Source: Selaginella moellendorffii
Taxonomy: Eukaryota; Plantae; Lycopodiophyta
Direction: 5' to 3'
DNA: 21,250 nt
NCBI RefSeq assembly: GCF_000143415.4
Contig: NW_003314483.1
Location: forward strand, 1 to 21,250
The notes under the pieces were generated by a model that searched no databases, was not told the DNA's origin, and worked only from the letters and a program-made list of their open reading frames with translations. Position 1 is the stretch's first letter. Each line of letters opens with the position of its first letter. Below, piece by piece: positions 9,742 through 18,746 of the stretch. Position numbers and translations under genes: made by a program.

Positions 9742-9935
9742 CTTCCTGCTAGCGATGATCGACGCTCTCTCCTCGTGCTAACGCGCCCTAAAAGACAATT
9801 GAAAGTTTTTATGATCCCAAAAGTCACGGCTCTCCATTGTTTAATCTCAGCCGTTAGATTTTGGCATATGCCCAGAATAAGTGTCGTCAGTATATGCCAT
9901 TATTATACGAGCTCTTTCGTTTAAATATATGAGTA
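8574..9935. repeat. Second copy of the Helitron 5' region (homologous to 2509-3743), with a private insert at ~9143-9694
   Basis: 8574-~8835 aligns to 2509-2769, ~8835-9142 to 3192-3490, and 9697-9935 to 3491-3743, with scattered substitutions and small indels. Confidence 0.93.
9665..9738. repeat. Compound microsatellite: (AC)9 at 9665-9682 and (AG)21 at 9697-9738
   Basis: Direct read. Confidence 0.95.
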
Positions 9936-9963
9936 TGATGATGATGATAAGAGAGTATGATGA

Positions 9964-9990
9964 CTAGCAGGGATCCCAGCTCCGCTAGGA
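9964..9990 (-). mobile_element. 3' terminus of a third Helitron-like unit extending to the right (5' end not located)
   Basis: Plus strand CTAG-CAGGGA-TCCCAGC-TCC-GCTAGGA: same hairpin (1 mismatch), same 6-nt spacing and same CTAG as 3744-3770. Sequence beyond the hairpin differs between the two. Confidence 0.7.
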
Positions 9991-10324
9991 GAAGTAGAGA
10001 ATGTTTTCAATCTGAAAAAATGTATTTGTAGCAGCCTGTTTGGTTGTGCTTTCTCCTTCCCCCCATTTATGTCAAAGATCTTAAAATGATCACCATCCAT
10101 CTTCTTTCATCCTGCACTGAGACAATAAAGATATGACAGAGTACAAGACACATTTGGACTGGCCAAGTTTATGAATAAGTCATAAGAATTTGTGGTACAA
10201 GTTTATACTTGGCCAAATTTTTACTTCTGGAAGTGTTGTAGAAGTTTCATTTTCATTTTCATGTACTTGGCCAGAAAGAAATTCACACATGATCTCCCTG
10301 AACGTATCAACAAACTTCTTGTCG

Positions 10325-10541
10325 AATAATTCATGTATAAACTTGTGCAAGTACAAATGCAAATGTGAAACTTGTACCCCCACCCCATGTGGAGATTTCC
10401 ATTGGAGCGGTTCCATAAAGCTTCTTGATCAAAGCAAATAATTCATGTATAAACTTTTGCAAGTACAAATGAAAATGTGAAACTTGTACTCCCACGCCAT
10501 GTGGAGAATTCCATTGGAGCGGTTCCATACATCTTCTTGAT
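10325..10541. repeat. 112-bp tandem duplication (2 copies)
   Basis: AATAATTCATGTATAAACTT...GGAGCGGTTCCATA..CTTCTTGAT starts at 10325 and at 10437, with a few substitutions. Confidence 0.93.
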
Positions 10542-13328
10542 TGAGGCATTGAGCATATGTATATTGAGATCCCCAACAATGGTGCTGTCACATAGAATGC
10601 TACTGTCCCAACTCCATGCTTAAATACTGGAAGAATGCACAAAACTATCTTTTTAGACTGCCATGAGAGTTCTAGGCAGCATGTGAGGAATTCTTTTATT
10701 TCTTTTTCAGAGTGAATGGATTCTTTTTAATGAGTGTACAGCTCCAATGGACCCATGCTTGAGTGAAGCTCATTACCTTCACTCACTCGTGAAATAGCAC
10801 AGCATTTGGTTGGTATGTATACTGTTTACAGTGAGTAGTGGCCATGGCCATATCTGGCCAAGCTTTCTATCAGCGTCTTTAACACATGTTGGAGTAGTGA
10901 CAAATTCAATTGTGTTTGTGTTGTAAAACTCATTGGCAGAGATGACTTTCACAATGCCACCTATATTCTGGAAATTGACCTCCAATATTCTGTCTCTTCA
11001 CAATATTCTCTAGGAAACCGAGACTTACATTCTCTTTTCTTATAACAAGGGCTATTTGGAAAACCTGAACTACAAGCTAAACATTTTCGGAAGATTTTCG
11101 TCAAATGTGTGTTGGAGCTTGACCAGGCAAGGCATGCGCTATCTGAAGAAAGAAATGCCATGACAAAGCTCATTTGTCATCATAAGAGAGAGCATGCTAT
11201 GGCTGTGACATACCAGAACCAGTTTGTATAGACAAAAACACTGGCTTTTATTTATTGCTAACATAACTTTGTACACCAAAGTTGCTGGTTAGAGGGGCAT
11301 CAAGTTTATGCTTTGGACTTTTAAGTCTGAGGTATCAAAGATTTTTAAAACTAATTTTATTATCTCTGTAGGTTCTTTAAAAGGAGTCAATCTGGAAGTC
11401 AGGTAAAGATTTAAATTTTAGACGTCTTATTATCTTTTCTGCAGGTATCAGTATTTCTAGATGAGGATCTACACATCAAACCTTTAAATAAGTTTGACAG
11501 AGGAGAGTGGATGCATAAGGAGTCCACAGACACTACCACTAGTTGCTATTGTATTACCTTTGGATTTGCCAGCATGATCCAGAAAGAGGCTGATTTTTCA
11601 GAGGGAAACTTCAGTAAAACCCTACCTTTACCATTGACTGTTCAGTCCAAGCAACAGGTGAAGTGCTTTCCTGCCATTGAAAGTTTGTGTTGTGTTCTTA
11701 CGGATGATACCAATTTTGCAACTTATGCTTTTAGAATTTATGTTATTTAAGTTATCCATATTAATCTTATGGTGATTTTATGGAAAATCAGGAGTGAAGC
11801 TTCAAGGTATTTTACTTTTTTTTTTGTTCTCATTTGCGTGCTTAAGTCAGAGTTCTCAAATTTAAGAACCAAACCACTACAATTATCTTGCATTAATTTG
11901 TTTTTACGTGCTTTCTTCTTTGCAACTTTTATCTTTCCATGGCAAGGTTGGGTGCCCTGATTGCTTCTCGGTATGAGTGATTCAAGCAAGCTTTCCAGAC
12001 CTTATGGGTTATGCAAGTGTAGGGCATGAAGCCAGCAAAGCTACTTTTTGCCACCTCTGATTCTGCACAGATTGGCATGATCAAAGCAGCATGCATAAGG
12101 TATGATTTTCTCTTTTCTTATCAGAGAGAGAAAAACAAACAAAGCACTCACATGGCAATACTTGTAGAATAAAGGCCATCCTGGTTGTCCCGGCTATATC
12201 CCCAATCCCTATCTATGGAAGTCAAAAGCCTGTGGTTACAATACATGCAACATTGTTTATCTTAGTACCTTTATGGATGCTAATAAGAAGCTTTCTTGAT
12301 AGAGGAACTTTGTTTCTCTAGAACTTGGCAATCCTCATCACAACTATAGTAACACAATCAAGAACTCAAGAAACGAAGAAAAAATTCACATGTAGAGCCC
12401 AGGTGGACTCACATGTAGATTTGAGAGCTGTTCCAAAAAGCTTGAGGTACTTGTTAAGATGCTAACTCAAATCCAAACACATTTTCATACCCAAATGGCT
12501 CTCCAAAACTATTGCATTTGAGCACCTATCAGCATGCATAAGCCATTGCTTTTGTAAAAAAAACTCACAACTGGGTTGGACTCAAACTGCAAAGAAGCTT
12601 GAGATGGTTAGCCATACAAGTCCCTTAACACAAATGCTTACTTAGAGAAATTGTGCATGGATACATGGATGAAGTAATTTCTGTACTCATTACAAGGCAA
12701 AGAAGAAATATCCATTATAAACATATTATTACATTGATTAAATATGCAATACTTCAAAAGCAAGATTTGATCTATAGTTATATGGTGCATGAGACCCATC
12801 AGATTCTTCATACATTATATACCTAAATGAATAACTATCCTTTATTACTTCTGTCAAACTTTTGCTTTAGTTGTGTATTTATATAAAGTAAGTAGTTTGT
12901 GTTTCTTGTGTACCTTTCTTCTTGTGTACTAAAAGGTTTTTGTTCTTATATCATAGATAAACAACCTTCAAGGCCAATGTAGAAATAATACTTTGTAATG
13001 ACAAATCATGAAAAATTTGTTACTCCTGGTTTAATCATTTTTTTAGATAGACTGATAGCTGGAACACTATGATACAATATAATACTATACATAAAAACCT
13101 TATTAATTAACTTTATAAGTTATTTAAGAGTATTTATGCTAGATAATGTTTTATCAATAGTAAACCAGAAGTTTGATTAGTGAAAGGTAATAAATACTTG
13201 ATAGACAATACTTGAAGTTTCTTAATGGTTTCCAAATAGAGCAGAACTATGTGTCACATATGTGAGAATGATACAACTCTACTGGGAAAGATAAAAAATA
13301 AACTTTTTAAAAATAAATTATATCAGAT

Positions 13329-13503
13329 TGTGAGGGCCAAGTGTACGGTTATGATGCCATATACTAATATTAGCGTAGTGGGATTTTTGTAGCCGTCAGA
13401 TTGGTTTCAATCTGGACCACTCGCTCCTATATATAAGCTAGGGTTTTTGGGCTAATTGATATGCACATTTCTGTATTCCCTTTCCATATTCCAAGCACTC
13501 ACA
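13329..13503 (+). repeat. 5' LTR
   Basis: TGTGAG...CTCACA terminal inverted repeat. 10 substitutions versus the 3' LTR. Contains TATATATAA (13428-13436) followed by CTAGGGTTT (telo-box in reverse). Confidence 0.97.
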
Positions 13504-13736
13504 TTAGTAGAGGTGAGGGGCAACTTTGATTGTCCCTAAGGAGTGCTTGGATTTGGGATTTTGGTTTAGATCTAGCTTTTGCATCGTCTAGATCTAACTT
13601 TTTCCATTTCCTTTCTTTTGTTCTTTCTTTTCAGGGTTTTGGTTTAGATCTAGCTTTTTGCGTTGTCTAGATCTACCATTTCCTTCTAGCTTTTTGTCAT
13701 TTCTCTTCTTTTGCTCTTTCTTTTTCGTTCATCTTC

Positions 13737-14664
13737 ATGGCAAATCAGCAATCTCCTCCTTTGACTCTAGAGTAGCAGTTGGTACAATTGCTTGATGCTA
13801 TGCGCTTGTAATTAAACAACCAAACTCAGTTGATGGCGGCATTCATGGCACATGGTACAACTCCTCCTGCTCTTGGTGCCAATCCTCGCGTTCGGCCGGA
13901 GTTCTTTCGCGGGAATCCTGGGGATGATGTGTATCATTGGTTCGATCACTTTACGGTGATTGCCACATATCATTCTTGGGATGATGCTCGACGGTTGCGT
14001 GAGTTTCCCACATGTCTCCAAGGGATGGCGTTGCAGTGGTACAATGGTTTGAGCGCAGCCACTCGTGGGGATTGGAGTGTTCTCCCAGACATCTTCAAGC
14101 GCGCCTTCGGACATGCCGATGATTGTGATGATGCTTTCCAACAATTGCATCGTCTTCGCCAAGGGCCATCTGAGTCGGTGATGTAATTTGGCGTTCATTT
14201 CCGAAGTCTTTTGCTTCGTGCGGAGCCAAATATGTCGAAACGGATCAAGCTAGAAATGTTGTGGCTAGCACTTCGTCAAGATCTTGTCGGACTTGTGCAT
14301 GCACTTGCTCCTACCACCCTTGATGATGCTCTTCGCTTGGCACAACGTTATGTCACCTCTTCCACTTCTCACTGCACGTCCTTCTGCTCCACTTCCTATG
14401 GGTGATGGTCCTATTCCAATGGAGGTTGATGCTGCTGCTACTCGAGTCCAAGGACAAGCACGAGGACGTGGTCGTGGCCGTGATGTTCGCTACTGGGCGT
14501 GTGATAAAGTTGGTCATACTTATCAGCATTGCCGTCGTTTTCCGGATTGGTGACCTCCATTCCCTGGGTGGAGACTTTGGCGTCAACAACGTCCCGTGGG
14601 TGTTGTTGCAGTGGAAGGTCTGGACACCGAGATGCATCCGGGAAACGAGGAGTCGTGCGAGTAA
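13737..14664 (+). pseudogene. gag: Retrotransposon gag (disrupted)
   Basis: ATG at 13737; RPEFFRG..VYHWFDHF..WDD..LQGMALQWY, LRQGPSESV, PIPMEVD, and zinc knuckle YWACDKVGHTYQHC (first Cys lost). Internal stops at 13773, 13809, 14184 and 14551, and a frameshift near 14350. Ends PGNEESCE-TAA. Confidence 0.88.
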
Positions 14665-14701
14665 AGGAGGGACCTTGCACGAATAAATCAGTGACCCCTC
14701 C
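14640..14701 (+). promoter_or_regulatory. Predicted -1 programmed ribosomal frameshift signal (slippery heptamer + H-type pseudoknot)
   Basis: G GGA AAC (14640-14646) in the gag frame and a 6-nt spacer. Stem 1 is TCGTGCGAG/CTTGCACGA and stem 2 is GGAGGG/CCCTCC. The -1 frame is open into the protease motif. Confidence 0.82.
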
Positions 14702-17700
14702 ATCTTTCTTTCAGGAGTATAATCAAGGGGTTCACTCGGCACTAGTTCATCCAGTGTTTACTTTCCAAGCTCGTTTTTATAACAAGAGGTCTCCTATTAT
14801 TCTCTCCGTGTTGGTTGATACAGGTTCGAGTTTATCTTCTATTGCTCGACTTGTTGCCACACGTTGTCATCTACACTTGCGTTGTGGCAGAACCAGTTTT
14901 CATTCTTTATGGCAACGGCCGTACACATGTATGTGCACGGGATGAGGTGGACCTGGTTGTGCGTATGGGCGATCTCGAGCTTGAGTTGTAATCATTGCGG
15001 GTGGTGCCGAGTCAAGCTTTTGACCTCATTCTTGGTATGGATTGGTTGCAGCGCAATCATGCTAAGTGTGACTTTGAGGCTTCTCCCCCTTGTCTCATAC
15101 TTCCTTATGTTTCATCCATTCCTCTCACTTCCATACCTCTTCGTCCCTCTACTTCTACCTCTGTTTCCATTACTTTTGTTCCCCCACTCTTTCCTTCTGT
15201 GTTTCCATCTTGTTCTGCTTTTCCCTTTTCCGATCCCTCCGACGATCTTTGTGTTGCAGTAGTTGACCGGCTCATGAATGAGTATTCTGATCTTTTTGAA
15301 TTTGACATATCGTCTAAGGCCAAGATTGCCACACGTCATCCGATTTCAACCGGGGATGCTCGTCCAATCAAGGTTCTTGTTCGTCATCGGTCACCTAAGG
15401 AGATCAAGATTTTACGAGCAAATGTCAAGGACATGCTAGAGAAGGGTGTTATTCGGAAGTCGCAGAGTCCTTGGGCATGTGAACCTCATCTTGTGACAAA
15501 GCCTGATGGGAGTATTCGTTTCTGCATCGACTATCGTCTGTTAAACGAAGTGACGATCCCAGATGTGTATCCTCTTCCTCACACTACTGATCTCTTGGAT
15601 CGTCTGGGGCGAAGTCATTGGTTCACCAAGCTAGATCTTGCTTCTGGGTACTGGCAAGTACCAATGGCCGACAAAGATATTCCTAAGACTACTTTTCGTA
15701 CACCATTTGGTTTATATGAGTTTTTGGTGATGCCATTTGGTTTGAACAATGCTCCAGCAACTTTCCAACGGATGATGGACGAGGTTCTTTGCGATATGCC
15801 GGAAGTGATTGCTGACTTCATTGATGATGTCTTGATCCACTCGGAGGGGACGTGGGAGGAGCACGTTCGTGATGTTTGTAAAGTGTTGGATCGGCTACGC
15901 GATGTTGGTTTAAAGCTGAAGCGGTCAAAGTGTGTGTTTGGGTCGAAGGACACAACTTATCTTGGGTACCGTATTTCTTGTGAGGGTTTGCAAGTTGATC
16001 CTGACAAACTTGTGGCTATTCTAAAGTTCCCTACTCCGAAGTGTGTGAATGATATGCAGCGCTTTTTGGGTAAAGTGCAATATCTTGGTTGTTTTGTGGA
16101 TCATCTTTCCAATCACACTACACCATTGCGAGCATTGCTGAAGTCATCAACGTCATCTTTCATTTGGTCTCCAGATTGTGAGCGGGCATTCATGGATCTC
16201 AAAGAGCTATTGACGACTCCTCCAATTTTGGCATATCCTGACTACACTCGACCTTTTATTTTGCGCGTGGATGCTTCTGACATTGGTCTTGGAGGTGTGT
16301 TGATGCAAAAGAGCTCGAGTGTGCCTGGTCAGTGCCATCCCATTGCATACATAAGCTGTACATTACAACCAGCGGAGATGAACTACTCCACGATAGAGAA
16401 GGAGTGTTTAGCAGCAGTCTGGGGTTTCGAGAAACTTTATGCATATCTACATGGTTCTCGGACGTTACTTGAAGGTGACCATGCTGTTGTTACTTCATTA
16501 TTGAAGCAGAAGAACTTGGTTGGTCGTACGGCTTGATGGGCTTTGAAGCTTTAGATATATGATTTCGATGTTGTTCATCGCCCAAGGAGTTCTATGGCTG
16601 ATGCTGATGCCCTTTCTCGAGTTCCTCTTCCTTCTCCACTCACTTCTCATGTTTCTGACAAACCTGTTGTTCCAACACCTGTGGATTTTCTAGATGAGGA
16701 TTCTGTGCCGTCGGCAGTTGCTGTCCTTGACGTTCAGTGTCCACAAGGCACAGAGCAAGATCTACCTTCTCTTGATGAGGTTCGCAAGGCTCAAAAGATT
16801 GAGCTGTGGATTCGAAGGCTTCGAGATGGGTTTGAGAATCCTGCATCACTTGCTGATGACTTGCCTTTCCGGCATTTACATTCTCAATATTGCCTTGAAG
16901 ATGGCCTTCTTTATTTTGTGGGGACAGATCCTGATGATCATTTACGACTGGTGGTGCCTTCAGTGTTTATTCCACGGTTTCTCCATGCCTACCATGATTC
17001 TCCTGTTCTAGGTGGGCATATGGGACACCGTCGTGTCACCAAGAAGCTGCGCAGGTCTTCCTATTAGCTGGAGATGCAACGTGATATTATCCGGTATGTG
17101 CGTAGCTGCGTTTGGTGCCAAGCTCGTAATACTCCCTCTCGTGCTGCGGAAGGACGGTTAGAGTCAATTGCGGTTTCCTGTCCATTTGAGTTAGTGGCGT
17201 TTGATCTTATGGGACCTTTTCCACGGTCAACTGCTGGCAATGAGTATATTATTATTGCTTCTGACTATTTGACTCGTTGGGTGGAAGTTGGTGCTCTTGC
17301 TAGTGCCTCTGCAACGGCTGTTGGATACTTCCTCCTCAATCGAGTGGTGTTCCAGCATTTTTGTCCAGAGTGGATTCTTTCAGATAATGGTCCCGCATTT
17401 ATAGCTGAGGCATTTTATGTTTTGATGTCTCGATTGGGGATATGCCACACTTTCACAAGTGCTTATCATCCACAATCAAACAGTCTGGTGGAATGGCTTG
17501 TTTGGACATTCAAAGGGATGATTGCGAAGTATGTGAACTTTCAGCATTCGGATTGGGATGGTTATTTGCCGTCTCTTTGGTATGCATATGTTACAGGGGT
17601 GCAGAGTTCTGTTGGTGCTTCACCATATAAACTCCTATATGGTCATGATCCAATATTACCAACGGAGCTGGGTTTACCTTCACGATTGCCACGAGCTGCC

Positions 17701-18126
17701 GATGCTACATCATGGGATCAATATTTGACGAGCATTCTTCCACTTGTCCGAGCAGAGTCTGCTGAACACTTAGGCCGTGTACAAGTGGGACAACAACGGC
17801 ACTACAACTCCCATCATCATCCACCTGCAGAGTACAAAGTGGATGATTTGGTGTTAATCCGTTTTCCCCATCTTACGGTACATGGTTTATCTAAAGGGCT
17901 TCTTACATAATGGAAAGGACCGTATCGGGTGTTACGGCAAGTTGGACCACAAGTTTATAAGGTTCGGCATGACATTTAGCAGGCCGATCCTCCAGAGATT
18001 GTGCATCTGCAGTGGCTAAAACGCTTCGTACCAAGGGATCAAGAGGAGTTAATACCACCTACAGATCCACCAATGCCTCCTCCTGACATTCCTCCGGATC
18101 CCGGCCCATCTTCAAGAGAACCCTGA
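14640..18126 (+). pseudogene. pol: Retrotransposon pol: protease, reverse transcriptase, RNase H, integrase (disrupted)
   Basis: PR: LVDTGS..ILGMDWL. RT: RFCIDYR, LDLASGYWQ, MPFGLNNAPATFQ, FIDD. RNase H: DAS..NYSTIEKECLA..DH. INT: H..H..CxxC, FDLMGP, SDNG, LVE, WKGPY. Frameshift near 14875; stops at 14989, 16534, 16552, 17065, 17908 and 17977. Confidence 0.95.
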
Positions 18127-18143
18127 TAGTCTTCCATTATCCC

Positions 18144-18155
18144 GAGAGGAGGGGA
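18144..18155 (+). other. Polypurine tract
   Basis: GAGAGGAGGGGA, 3 nt upstream of the 3' LTR. Confidence 0.9.
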
Positions 18156-18158
18156 TGA

Positions 18159-18333
18159 TGTGAGGGCCAAATGTACGGTTACGATGCCGTATACTAATAT
18201 TAGCGTAGTGGGATTTTGGTAACCATCGGATTGGTTTCAATCTGAACCACTCGCTCCTGTATATAAGCTAGGGTTTTTAGGCTAATTGATATGCACATTT
18301 CTGTATTCCCTTTCCATATTCCAAGCACTCACA
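18159..18333 (+). repeat. 3' LTR
   Basis: 175 bp, ungapped alignment to 13329-13503. Confidence 0.97.
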
Positions 18334-18561
18334 AGATGATTTATAAATTATAAAATATTAATACACCTCTAAAACCTTTCTAATCAGAACATAATTTACT
18401 AATAGATAATTCATGTGTAAGACATTTTGTAACTTATTATATATAAGATAACTTTTATAAAAATTAAATAATGAAGAGACAAAATACTTGAGAAAGAAAA
18501 ACTTAAATAAGTGAAAGGGAAGTTTAAGATAATAAAAAAACCTTGTTACCTGAAGTTTCAA

Positions 18562-18746
18562 NNNNNNNNNNNNNNNNNNNNNNNNNNNNNNNNNNNNNNN
18601 NNNNNNNNNNNNNNNNNNNNNNNNNNNNNNNNNNNNNNNNNNNNNNNNNNNNNNNNNNNNNNNNNNNNNNNNNNNNNNNNNNNNNNNNNNNNNNNNNNNN
18701 NNNNNNNNNNNNNNNNNNNNNNNNNNNNNNNNNNNNNNNNNNNNNN
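18562..18746. other. Assembly gap (185 N)
   Basis: Run of n. Confidence 1.

Larger units (their letters stand above)
3744..9938 (-). mobile_element. Apparently complete ~6.2-kb non-autonomous Helitron-like element, unit 2
   Basis: Minus-strand 5' end TCATACTCATATATTTAAACG (from 9938; could extend to 9963). 3' end is a perfect 7-bp hairpin TCCCAGC-GTA-GCTGGGA (3770-3754), 6 nt, then CTAG (3747-3744) followed by T. It is preceded by A, and there is no TSD or TIR. The interior is a mosaic of gene fragments and AT-rich DNA. Confidence 0.75.
13329..18333 (+). mobile_element. Full-length, decayed Ty3/gypsy LTR retrotransposon (non-chromovirus type), 5005 bp
   Basis: Two 175-bp TG...CA LTRs. AGAT on both flanks (13325-13328, 18334-18337). 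PPT present. Domain order is gag-PR-RT-RNaseH-INT. Confidence 0.97.

Noticed and set aside
7916-10541. CRISPR-like array from the 66-, 95- and 112-bp repeats
   Set aside because: Two-copy tandem duplications with no unique spacers, in eukaryotic DNA.
11940-12100. Further PPR-like remnants (MQV*GMKP here; ACAAL near 20500; also ~7400 and ~20050)
   Set aside because: Only a few residues match and the frames are full of stops; plausible but too weak to call.
3744-13328. Autonomous Helitron Rep/helicase gene
   Set aside because: No HUH Rep or PIF1 helicase motifs in any listed ORF; the elements are called from termini and cargo only.
13812-16849. Antisense ORFs within the retrotransposon
   Set aside because: Shadow ORFs of gag/pol with no independent motifs.
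17911-18126. Chromodomain or env-like ORF after integrase
   Set aside because: Only a Pro-rich tail and stops precede the PPT; there is no room or motif.
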